Shown in pieces: positions 25,230 to 37,900 of a stretch of 64,000 bases of DNA (its first letter is position 1; every line of letters starts with the position of its first letter). Position numbers and translations under genes: made by a program. The notes below the pieces were generated by a model, which saw only the letters and a program-made list of their open reading frames with translations, did no database searches and was not told the DNA's origin. Source of the DNA: Eledone cirrhosa (taxonomy: Eukaryota); assembly GCA_964016885.1 (NCBI GenBank), contig CAXHJY010000746.1, positions 261,199-325,198 on the forward strand, in the 5' to 3' direction.

Positions 25230-26006
25230 GTTCAATCTGGGGTAACCACAGTAAGGTACTCAATACATAGCAGAGTATAAATATTGAATCTAGAAATGTC
25301 TTCTGCAGGAGTAGAACTGTATATTATATATATAATTTGTCTGTGGTATATATAGATGAATGTTTGATGCTGAATCTCCCCGAGAATCACGCTCTAAGTG
25401 TTTATATTTATCTAAAAACCTTTATGTCCCAAACACTCTTTTCGGCTGAGTATTTTACAGCTGACAATGTAGCGACAGCCAGTTTTGGAGCATGGCGTTG
25501 GATGGCACAACTATGCGAAGTGACCAGTGATATCATTATGAGGAGGAAGAGGCCAGTTTGCCGCACCGAATCCTTCTCAGAGCGGCACCCCAATTTCGGA
25601 GCCGGGCCCTCTCCCCGCGATGGATACTTCTCAATACGAAAGACGACCGTGGCAGCCTGGGACTAGATTGCACTGTTATGAGAAGTGACAGTCCAGTTGG
25701 CCGCTCGAAACCCCTTTCACAGCGGCATCACAGTATCGGATCCAAGTACTGTGAATTGGATGGACACTTCTCAATACAAAACGTGCTAACGTGTGACTTG
25801 ACAATGATGAGAAACCGGAACCAGACATTGTGAAGGACTGTTTGAGGGGAGGGATGTATGTATATGGTCATTAAAACACACGCACGCACGTATATAATTC
25901 TCCTGAATGAAACAGTTATAGTCATGTAGAAGTCATTACTATATTAAATATTTATACTCTGTTATGAATTGAGTACCTTACTTACTGTTGTTAGCTGTGA
26001 TTGAAC
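25230..26006. mobile_element. Non-autonomous element with ~100-bp imperfect terminal inverted repeats
   Basis: gtaaggtactcaatacatagcagagtataaatatt (about 25251-25285) versus aatatttatactctgttatgaattgagtacctta (about 25947-25980); similarity extends inward and outward. Confidence 0.6.
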
Positions 26007-26049
26007 TCGGAATAAACTTTACACATTTTTGGAAACACCCTGTATATAT

Positions 26050-27260
26050 ATATCATTTGAGATGTAAATATCACATACTTAAGAGAGATAGATGTTAGAA
26101 CTCGAAAACTTGTCAGTGTTACTGGGAACTTTGGTTATGTGGATAGGCTGTACTTGTCATGCAAGGAAGGTGGCCGGGGTCTAAAATCCATATTAACATC
26201 ATATGACACCCGGATAGTAACACTGAAGCAACATCTTCAACAGAGGAAAAGTTTTATGGCCCAGGTTTATGAGCATGAAAAAAAAAATATCATTAGGATA
26301 GCCACTGATCTGGAGGAGAGATATGGAATAAAGCCTGATATAAATCTATCACCCAGAGAAATCGGAAGATCCTATTCACTGTTCAAAGAAGATGAAAAAA
26401 TTGACCAATTTACAGAAAAAGTTGTGCACGTATACTTGAGACGTAAAACACAGACCATAGAGGTGATAAACCACTCAAAAAGCCTGGCATGGAGTTCCGA
26501 CAAGTTTATGACATGACACCTTGAGGGATATCTCTATGCAATACAGTAACAAGAACTCCCTACCAAATATCTGCTGCACAAAAGAGGAGGGACATCAGCT
26601 GACAATAAACGTAGGCTTATGTAAAACAAAGATTGAAGATGTAAGCGACATTGTTGCCAGCTGCGAAAGAATGTCATCTCGCTACTACCTCCCCATGAGA
26701 CACGATGGGATAGCTAGAACCATCTGGAACGCACTTTGGAAAACAAAATTAACAACAAACGAGGAAGAATATATCGAGACAGATGGCACTAAGGAATACT
26801 GGTGGAACCTGAAAATAAAAACTGCCACCAAATTAAAGCACAACCGGCCTGATATTGTTGTTTGGGACCACCCATTGAAAACATGTTGTGTTGTGGAGAT
26901 CAGCTGCCCACTTGATGTAAACGTTGTCAGAAAAATACAGGAGGAGGAGGACATCTACGGACCATTGATGAGGAGTTTACAAATCCAGTATCCAAAATAC
27001 ACCTTTAGCTTCATACCCATCATTATTGGAGCTACGGGTTATATACCAACCCGCTTGGACCAAAGTATGACTGAACTTGGATTTGCTGACAAAGAGCGCA
27101 GCTCCCTAATTCAGTCTACAAGTGGCTGCGATAGTTGGCACCTTCAAAATTTGCAAAACATTCTTGCGATTCAAGGGATGACAATTTCTTTTCTTTTACA
27201 ACCTTGCCACCAGGAAGGTGGCCAGTCAAAAAAATATACTCGAAATTAAGAGAAAGAGAT
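26050..27260 (+). mobile_element. R4/Dong-like non-LTR retrotransposon 3' part (restriction-like endonuclease)
   Basis: DRLYLSCKEGGRGL...xGLCKTKIEDVSDIVASC...YLPMRHD...HNRPDIVVWD..KTCCVVEISCP; contains stops and frameshifts. Confidence 0.88.
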
Positions 27261-27292
27261 CACCTACATGTGTGTGTGTATGTGTGTATGTA

Positions 27293-27327
<35 letters not shown>

Positions 27328-29119
27328 GTATGTATGTATGTATTTGTATATATATATTTATTTATTTCATTATATTTGTTCCACTCCACGTGGTTTATAT
27401 TTCACCACCACTACGCCACCACTACGACACCACACCGCCACCAAACCACCACACCAACAACACTCGCTACCACCGCCATCATTTGAACTACGTTTTCAAA
27501 CCCGACATGACTTAGCCTTGATGAAAGAAAATGAGATGACAGCCGTAATCTCCCCCACCCCTCATACTCAATACAGAGATATATATATTTTCTGACACCA
27601 TTGGCAATTTTCATGATGGTAGTTGTAGTGTTGATTATTCCTTCATTGCATTTATTGATATTTGACGCGCGTTTCGCCACTGATCAGCTCAAGGTTCGAT
27701 CTATATCGATCCTACCCGACTCAATAATCGGCAGCTCGACGGACCCTCTTAAAATGCTATAAGAAAATGAAATACATGATATGTGGTAAAGTCAGAGTTT
27801 CAAGAGTTTGACAAAATGAGATGTTTTGATTGGTGAGAAGGATCAAGGCGATGTACTGGCCTGTAGTGTATATGGGGGTGGGTGTGATGGTGAGATGTTG
27901 GTGACGGTCTGTGGATGAGGTGGGCTGTGGTGTGGTGGTGGTGGTGGTGGGTTGGCCTTGGCGTGTCGAGTATGTTGGTGTGGATGTGAAGATATGGTGG
28001 TGGTTAAGGTTATTTAGTGGGATGGGTTGTGGTGTGAGGTTAGTGAACTGTCTGTAGACGGGCTGGCGTGTGGTAGTGGCGCCTTTGTCTATGGTAGCGG
28101 CGTTTTTGGTGGTGTGGTGGATGTATTGATGGCGTCAGGACCTTACATAGATACATAGACGCTCTTCGTCTGACAGATACCTTGTATATACGTATACGTA
28201 CACACATATATGTATATATGTGCACATATATTGTTGTATAAACACACACAACATAAGACACATACGCACATCCTTGCCCACACATATCGGCATACGCTCA
28301 CACACAGCCATATGTATATGTACACACATGTATGTGCATGCGCGCATGCGGACACGAATATGGAGAGTGGTGGAGTATCGGTGGGGGTGGCGAACGACAG
28401 AGATGGGGGGAAGGACTCACACTCATGTATGCAAGATATACACATACACACTCCCACACACGTATACTCACACACATATATATATATATATATATACACA
28501 CATGTACCGACAACACACACATACACGCACATATATACATACATGCACATATATGAGCTCACCTACACATAGTCAGATTTACCCATATACATATATGTAG
28601 ACGTACACATACACACACATACATATATACACACACATACACATATGCATACACACATATATATATATATACAGATATATATATATATATATACACACAC
28701 ATAGACATATGTATATACATGTGTTCACATACACACACACACACACATACAGATAAATTTGCGTACACGCACGCACACTTAAAACGCCCGTATGAGTAAA
28801 ATACTTACACACAGACACACACACTATTGTTGGTTGGGGAGTGGAGGTATGTTTTGTCGGTGTTGGTGAAGTATGGAGTTGTGTTTTGTGGTGGTGGTGG
28901 TGGATGGAGTTGTGAGGGACGAAAATATATATACCGGATCGAATACCGGTTAAGAGGTGAGATAGGGAACGCGGGGGGAAAAGCGTTTATGGACGTACGG
29001 CCATGTGTGTTGTGGACATGGTGATGGTGGTGGTGCTGGGGTGATATGTTCGGCAAGATGATTACATGATCAGAGGTTACGGTGTGTTATATGGTAGGCA
29101 TACGGGGGGTGGGGGTATA

Positions 29120-29310
29120 TAATTGTTTCTACTTTAGGCACAAGGCCAGCAAATAGCCAGTGTATTACTGGTACTTTATTTTATCGACCCCCGTAAGGAT
29201 GAAAGGCAAAGTCAACCTAGGCGGGATTTGAACTCAGATCGTAAAGGGACGTAACTATGTTTGAAAGCATGGCGTCCGACCCTCTACCGAGACTGCCAAC
29301 CCCCCACCCT
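29120..29310 (-). mobile_element. tRNA-derived octopus-type SINE
   Basis: Reverse complement of the 11379 copy (ggcacaaggccagcaa...ggatgaaaggcaaagtcaacc...gatttgaactcagatc). Confidence 0.85.
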
Positions 29311-29619
29311 GGGGGGTATATAATACAGTCGATTTGGGATCGAGTGATATGTGTTGATGATGATTGTTGAAGTATGTGGATGTATTTAGTGGTGGCGGTG
29401 GTCGTGTGTGCGTGCGACAGTACAGTTACAGGATCGAATTTAACGTGGGGTTGCAAGTTAGGGTAGATAGAGGGAACATGGGGGGATGAGGATGTAGGCG
29501 TGTATGGTATGCACATGACGATGTGTGGTGTGGTGGTGGAGATGGTGTGATATGATCGACATTGTATTTACAAGGTTTCTTGTCATTGTGGATTGCAAGG
29601 TAGAACGTATCATATGGTA

Positions 29620-30404
29620 TATATATATATATATATATAAAACTAAGGATGTCTGTGTGAGTTTGAATCCCTAAACCTCGAGAAGCACCCAACCGACTGT
29701 TTTCAAACTTTACACCGCGCCCTTATAATATGTCTGTATGTCTAGCTGTCTGCATCGCACTCGGCGCGTCAATGTATGGCTGTTAAATGGGCCGCAAACG
29801 CATTGATTCATTGTAAAGGCTACCAGTGGAAGCAACCGTAACACCCTCCAAATGTCAGAGAACGCAGTGAAAGTTACTATTAAGAGAACGTTCACATGGC
29901 TCTTTTTATGGCCACCACTTGAAATTGTTGATTGTTACCCGTAGTTACTGGAGTGTCAGTGAACGGCTTACAAATCCATTATAAGGGCCCTTGAAATAAC
30001 TGATGGCGACCCTTTGGTTTGGGGCGGCGAGTGAACACGCACACGCCTCAAGGCCCATTTTATTGCACCACTCCTCTGTAAAATTGTTAAATTATACCCA
30101 CTGTTTGGTAAACGTTTGTGAAGGTGCGGTGGACTGGTTCGAGAAGGCTCCATATGCTGTCCGATTGCACGTCATGCCTTGCTCAAGCATTGCAGACTTC
30201 CCTCTGATATAAGTGGTGACATCTGTCCTGCTGACTCCTGCCACTTTATTAAGCCGATTTTCTTCACGTGGAAGGAAAAGCATACCTAATACTAATTGCA
30301 TCAGAGCATTCGGTTTATTTTCTTTACATATTGTCCAGGCATGCAGTTTTTCTACGATTAGGTCAAAATAACTTATCCCGTGCAACGCCGGGTACCACTG
30401 CTAG
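29620..30404 (+). mobile_element. Non-autonomous Helitron with unrelated internal sequence
   Basis: 5' (TA)n-aaaactaaggatgtc...cacccaaccgactgttttcaaactttacac, shared with the 49374 copy; 3' cccgtgcaacgccgggtaccactgCTAG|T. Confidence 0.85.
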
Positions 30405-30494
30405 TATTATATATATGTATATTGTTTTACTCTTTTACTTGTCCCAGCCATTTTGCTGAGGTCATGCTGGGGTACCGCCTTTAATATATTTTTC

Positions 30495-30526
<32 letters not shown>

Positions 30527-30801
30527 TATATAGATATATATATATCAATAAAGACGTATCCATGAAAGGCAAATCTTATCGGTTGGAAAGCAAAATAAAC
30601 TTTTGTATTTTATTTGATGAAAGTGCACCAAGCTTGTCTTGGTTGGCCTTGAAATATATATAATAAAATAAATATGGTTTTATAAATATAGTTTCCATTT
30701 ATTTAATATCACGAAATATTTACTCCAGTAAACTGTTGAGTGCTCTAAATCAGTTATAAACATTTGTTTGTCGGACTTCCAACAAATTAAATACAACTTC
30801 T

Positions 30802-30851
<50 letters not shown>

Positions 30852-30941
30852 CGGAGTTGTGTTAAGGAACCAGATGGACCATAATGCACCAGAGATAGCC
30901 GTCGAAACGGCTTGAGCTCTGCCGTCGGGGTCATACATCTT

Positions 30942-30988
<47 letters not shown>

Positions 30989-31676
30989 CACATTGTTTGA
31001 TCAAAATATTAAATTTCTTCATAGAATAATAAATTTTGTTTTATTATTTGTTTCTATTGTTCGGTTGTTGTTGTTGTTGTTGTTACACACATACACACAT
31101 ACACACTCACAAATTTTGCTAATCTTTTGGCGGCAAAACCACATACATACATACATACATAGATACATGTGTGTGTGTGTGTGCGTGAGTGAGTATGTGT
31201 GAGTTACTGTCACTTTGTTTTCCTTATAAATACAAGTCCCGTTTTTCATATTTTTCATTTCAGCCACTGATTTTGAAAGATGACTACACAGTATTCTCAT
31301 GCGTCCTTTCAACGTGGGTATGCGTTAAGCCCTTTTTTAGGGCTGCTCAGAGATACGCCGAAAACCAACCACAGCGTTCACTCCTGGGACTGAGAAGAAA
31401 AGTCCCACAGGTCAGTCAGATTTATATTTAATTTATTTAAAAAAAAAAAAAAATTTAATTTATATTTCTTTAAAAAAAAAGAATTCAATTTAACTTATTT
31501 CTTTAAAAAAAAAGTTCAATTTCATTTACTTCTTTAAAAAAAATTCAATTCAATTAATTTCTTTAAAAAAAAAAGCTTTTATAGTTATGTTTTTGTATTT
31601 TAATCGGGGTAACATTTTCGATTTAATTAATTTCATCATATTGTTGTATATACACACACACATATATATACAATTG

Positions 31677-31723
<47 letters not shown>

Positions 31724-32432
31724 TGCAGTTATTCGAATACCTTGGAGTATTCGTTTTTATTTCTATGCTCTCTGAGTTTAAATCCTGCCAAGGTCAACTT
31801 TGCCTTTCTTCCTTCCGTTGGATAAAAAAAAGTACCAGTGAAATGCTGGGGTGAATTCTTCCTATCTATAGTTTTCTCGCAATTATCTTTTTCTGAATAA
31901 AAGTACCAGTCAAATACTGGGTTCCTCTCTTCTCTCATTTTTCTCTGTCTATCTTTCTGGAAGAATTTTCTATTTTTAGAACTGGAGGAGTTGGTATTTG
32001 CTAGTGATTAAGGGAGAAAATGAAAGATATATATGTATATATATGTATAATATGTGTGTTGATGAGATTATGTGGGGGGGGGGGGGGGGGGTAAAAATTG
32101 TTTTTTAAGATTTATCTGGAAAAATCTGTTGAATTCACATGGTTGGTATTGTCTCTGTTCTCGGTTTTCAAAAGACTTATAAAAGCTGACTCAGTATTGT
32201 TTATCCAATAAAGTAGCAGTAATACGTTATAGTTAGATTAACGTTAATTTTGTTCACTTGTAATTTAGAGAATATAAAATATAAAATGCACCATTAGAAT
32301 ATTTTTATTCCAGATTCTCCTAAAAATTTGTCCCTGTTCAATTCCTTCTCTGCCACAAACCTCTCATTTTTGGATAGAATTTTTTTATTTATTTTTTTAC
32401 GTTAGGTTAAACCAGCCAACCAATTTTTTTAA

Positions 32433-32435
<3 letters not shown>

Positions 32436-32504
<69 letters not shown>

Positions 32505-32524
32505 GCTTATGAAACGTGTGTGTG

Positions 32525-32575
<51 letters not shown>

Positions 32576-32682
32576 TTATATATATATTTATATATATATT
32601 TATATATATATTTATATATATATTTATATATATTTATATATATATTTATATATATTTATATATATATTTATATATATATATT

Positions 32683-32715
<33 letters not shown>

Positions 32716-32830
32716 ATATATTTATATATTTATATATATATTTATATATTTATATATATATTTATATATTTATATTTATATATATTTATATATTTATATA
32801 TTTATATTTATATATATATTTATATATTTA

Positions 32831-32876
<46 letters not shown>

Positions 32877-32896
32877 TATATTTATATATATATATT

Positions 32897-32930
<34 letters not shown>

Positions 32931-33026
32931 TATATTTATATATATATATTTATATATATATATTTATATATATTTATATATATTTATATATATATTTATA
33001 TTTATATATATATATTTATATATATT

Positions 33027-33057
<31 letters not shown>

Positions 33058-33180
33058 ATATATATTTATATATATTTATATATTTATATATATTTATATA
33101 TATATATTTATATATATATATTTATATATATATATATAAATATATATAAATATATATAAATATATATAAATATATATATA
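32436..33180. repeat. Long (TA)n/(TTTA) microsatellite
   Basis: Direct reading. Confidence 0.95.
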
Positions 33181-33320
33181 TTAAAATAATCGATTAAAGT
33201 TTAAGCAAAGAATCGCTGCTTTCACCCTTAACGGGATCTTCTGAAATTCATTTAAGATCCCGTTAAGGTTGAAAGCAGCGATTCTTTGCTTAAACTTTAA
33301 TCTGTTATTTTAATATATAT
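33176..33320. repeat. Foldback palindrome (arms about 60 bp)
   Basis: gattaaagtttaagcaaagaatcgctgctttcacccttaacgggatctt-ctgaaattcattt-aagatcccgttaaggttgaaagcagcgattctttgcttaaactttaatc. One arm recurs at about 21812-21875. Confidence 0.9.
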
Positions 33321-33415
33321 TTGCTGTACGGTTCTTATATATTTGATATATATGTATCCATATCGAGCCCTTTTTTAATTTTAGTTTTCAAATTTATTAT
33401 TATTACTATATATTA

Positions 33416-33446
<31 letters not shown>

Positions 33447-34989
33447 TATGTGTGTATGTGTATGTATTGTGTGTATTATGTGTCTATTAGGTGTCTATTT
33501 GTGCGTATAATCTCTGTATTATGTGTGTATTATCTGTGCGTATTATGTGTGTATTATCTGTGCGTATTATGTGTGTATTATCTGTATTATATGTGTGTAT
33601 TATATGTGTGTATTATCTGTATTATATGTGTATTATGTGTGTGTAGTATGTGTCTGTATTATGTGTGTATTTGTAATAAATGTCTACTATATACACATGT
33701 ATATATATAATATATAAATACAATATAATATATATGTTGGTGTGTATCGGGTTTGTGTTTATATCACCGTAGAAATCTGTTTATGCAACATTCTAATTAG
33801 CAAAGGGAAATTACTCTAGTATATTTTAATAAAAATATTTTATTTTCCGTTTTAGCCAGAAATTTTGTTGTTTGATAAAACTGTCATTGAATTTATGCCT
33901 TGTCTGTTTCTGCTGAAGACTACTTTACTAATTAAGCTTAAGCTTAATTTATTATATCGGTTTTCATCGTAAAATTGAGACGGGTGTTTTTTCATGTCTA
34001 TTTAATGCAGCACGTTAGTGATATAGTAAGTTTTAGTTTCTATTTGTTTGAATATCATTTCGAAGCAGATACGACGGGGTTCATTAATTTCTAGATGAAT
34101 TATTTGGGTTTAGTTTTAGTTTGTGGTTGTGTGTGTGTGTATGTGTGTGTGTGTGGGGGGGGGTATATATAAAACTGAATAGCTATATATATTTATATCA
34201 TCTTGTCAATATCTATCCTCTTTCCTCATAAATATAGACAGAAATTACGGTATACAAGTAGGCACATGCATTAAAACTTAATATATGGTTATGTTACCAG
34301 GAAGCTGGAGAGTGAAAGTAATATAGTTACGGTGAGGAAACGCTATATTGTTTTTTTTTTGTTTTTTTTGGATACGCTTTTGCAATATAAGAATAGGAAA
34401 CGAAGACAAACTGATTGATGCAGACAAAATATATATTTATGGTAATTGTTCAGAATTAAGATCGTAGATGTGACCGATGTGAAGCAGCTGTAGAAAGTTG
34501 GCATGATGTAGTGAAGAATGCAGTGGGTAGAAAAGACATCCCCGAGAATAAACATAGAAAGAGTAGTTGGTGATTGTTGCAGTGAAAATCAATGAAGTAC
34601 AAGCATAACGGACAAGAGAGAAGAATGCAGGCCCAGCAGTTGGAGTTCGCTGCCAAGCAGATGCCAATATAATATGAAATATTAGGGAATCGGATAATGT
34701 CGATTCCCTGTTTTATTGCAAAAGCGAATCCTTTAAAGTGCGAAACAATATAGTGTTTGTCGTTGATGTATTTATATCTATATTACTCTACATAAGCCCA
34801 CAAACAGGCCTTCAACAGTAAATATGTAATTGGCCTTTGTTTAAAAAGAAATTTTTTTTCTTAATATAATTGTTTATCTGCTGGATTGGTCATTGACCAT
34901 TTTAGTAGGAGAGGGGATTTTGTTAGTGGTGTGTTACCTTCGCTGACTTAACTCTCTGAGAAAGAAAAGCAATTATATTTTTCTTTGAC

Positions 34990-37900
34990 TGTATTTAGCC
35001 ACTGAAGAATGGGTGTAGCTCCTTGGAGCACTCCAACCAATAATTCGAAGAACCATCGGGTGTAATGACTTTGGCTTTAGTGTTCGTGTAGAGCAGTGAT
35101 ACTTTTGTATTCCACAAGATCTTGATCAGGTAGTGACGATCGACAGAATTATAGGCAATTTGCTTTAGCTCCCTCAAATATCTTCCTCAGCATCAGGATG
35201 TGACCGTTGGTTGATCTTTATCTCTGAAGCTGTTGTGGTTGTTTGAGCTTTTTGTCCATGCAGGGCTGGATTCTCTTTAGAATCATCCTGTTGAGGGTCT
35301 TTGCCACAAGTGAGGTCCCCCTGTAGTTGTTTCTGTTAGAGAGATCTGCCTTCTTTGGCAGTGGCACGAAGTTACTGATCGTCCACTTGTTCAGGGCAAC
35401 TCGTTTCTCCAGTCCCTTTTTACAGATCTCCAAGATATGAAAATCACAACTCTACATGACCTGATGCCACTCGATTTTCTCCATGGGTCTTGCCCTCCTT
35501 TATCTTCTTTTTTTGCTCTCTGAAGCTCTCTGGCAAAGGGTCCTGTCTCAATATTCAGTTTTTGTAACAGCCAACTGATCGGCTGTGGAGGGCATCTCAT
35601 AGTTGTGTTCTAAAATGGTCCAGCCATTTCCTTTTTTCTATCCTCTGGATCTGTTTCCTTGATCTGACTTTTCCTCCATGTGATCTCGTTGATCATCCAA
35701 CTGTCAACCGTTCTCTTAACACTTTTAGTGCCTCCTCTCTGGCGTCAGTGTAAGCGGTACAGAGTGCTTCCCTCATCACCTCCACTGTGTCCATCCTCTC
35801 CATAGGATCAGCACAGAATTGGTCCTTGGCAGGCTGCACACACCTTTGGGTCTGCAGAACTGACATGCTTCTTCTTCTTTCTCCTCAGCATCAGTGTCTC
35901 ACTTGCTTCTGCTACTGCATTGTTCAAGTAGCCGTACCTCTTTGTCAAACTCTCTACAAAGAGCACTGAACCTGTTGCTCACTTCTCCTGTGAACCTCTT
36001 CTGTAGCTTATGTTCATTGAAAGTTCCCCAGTCATAGATTATACTGTTGGTGTAGCCTTGCTCTTTCTTAAGCTCACCCGGACCTCACTCATAACAAGCA
36101 TGTGTCCACTGTCCCAGTGTACTGAAATAGTTGTATGGTTCTGTGTTGAGAACACTATTGCGCTGCTTTTTCCTCACCAGAAAGAAATCAATCTAGGTCT
36201 TGGTCCACATCTTTTCTGGATTCTTCCTTAACGTTAGGTTGGTTGCCATCAAGTTTGCATCCAGCATGGCGTCTGTCGGTAGTCTTCCATTTCGGTTGGT
36301 GTTAGGGAATTACCAGCGCGGATCTTCACTGCTCTCCTTACTCAGATGTGCATAGAAGTCCCTCAGATGTGCATAGAAGTCCCTCAGAAGAATGATGTTT
36401 TGAGCTTGTGTGGTGTTGACAGCTCTACACATCTCATGAAATTCCTCTGCATTCACATCACTGTCTCCCTTGGTAGAACTATAAGCTGATATCCGGTTTT
36501 AAATTCCTGTTATTGCCTGCAGGACTATGATAAAAAGGAGAGGGCTAAGAACAGCCCTGGTGTACATGGACCTGCATGCTAAATTCCTCGCTCTAATCAT
36601 TGATAACCCTAACTTTGCTGATTGTTTCTTTATACATGGCTTGTACAGCCCTCATAAGCCATTCATCTACTTTTAATTTTCCAAGAGCCGACCGTATTAT
36701 AGCATGGTGGACTCTGTCGAAGGCTTTTTCCATTTCGACAAATGCCAGGTAGAGTGGCTTACTTTTAGCTAGGTACTAATCAACTGTGCTATAACTCTTT
36801 ACGTTACTTTCATGATCTGGTCCATCAGCTTTATACCTCTCTAGTTTCCTCTATCTAGTGCATCACCTTTACCTTTGTATCAGTTGACCATGATGCTGCT
36901 GCACGAATCGTTTAGTATTATCTAGTTAACATTACTTGTGGTTATGGTCTGATCTACTGACCCAGATGCCTTGAGCATCTCGGCAACTATACCCGATGGA
37001 CCGGTTGCCTTCCCCGTCTTCATATCTTTGATTGCCATACTATATTGCTGCTGACTTGTTCTGCTAGCCCCTCTATAGGGTTCACTTTGGGTATGGTATC
37101 TTTTTCCCATGCATTCTCCCCATTTAGTAATCTTTCATACTGGCTCTTCCATGCATCTCCTCAGAAATTGTGAGTGCAATCTGACCTTTATCATTCTGGA
37201 TACACTTTTGTCCAATGACATCACAATTCTCTCTGACACACTGCCTCGTAATCTCGAACACCTGTTTCTGTTCCTCGTGTTGCAAAAGATGCTTGAAATT
37301 CCTATCCTCTACCTCCCTTCTAGCTAAGTATACTTGTCGCCTAGCTTCGCTCCTGGTCTCTCTGTAATGTGCCCTGTTTTTCCATTCTTTCCATGCCTGT
37401 CTCTTAGCCTTAATTGCCTCATCTACCATATTGTTCTACCACCAAGTGACTCTCCTAATCCATGTATATATCTTTTTATCATTATCTTTTTCTCAAATAT
37501 CCACACATGGCGACACACATGCAAATATTATGCATGGATATGTTAACTGGTAGCTGGAGAGAGAATAATATAGATGATAAAAGTCTATCTTCAGCAACAA
37601 GTGCTATATTGTCTCCCATGTTGAAAGATATTATTTTACAAGATAAGAACTTGAAACTAAGACTAACTGATGTATAGAATAGAATAGAAAGACCTAGATG
37701 TGAAAAGAAGTGGAAATTGTGCAGATTGAAGATTGAAGATGTGACCGATGTGAAGAAACTGGAAAGATGTGTCGAAAAGAGTGAAGAATGCATTCCGTAG
37801 GAAAGACATCCCCGAGAGTGAACATTTGAAGCTAGAGCAAGGTTTTAAGAGTTAGAAAGAGTAGTTGTTGATTGTTCCTGTGAAAAGCAACGAAGTGCAA

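Noticed and set aside
32509-33159. YI-rich ORFs here and throughout the window
   Set aside because: (TA)n, (CA)n and (TC)n microsatellite translations.
36600-36615. taaccctaac as a telomerase RNA template
   Set aside because: Lies within antisense RTE coding sequence; no supporting structure seen.
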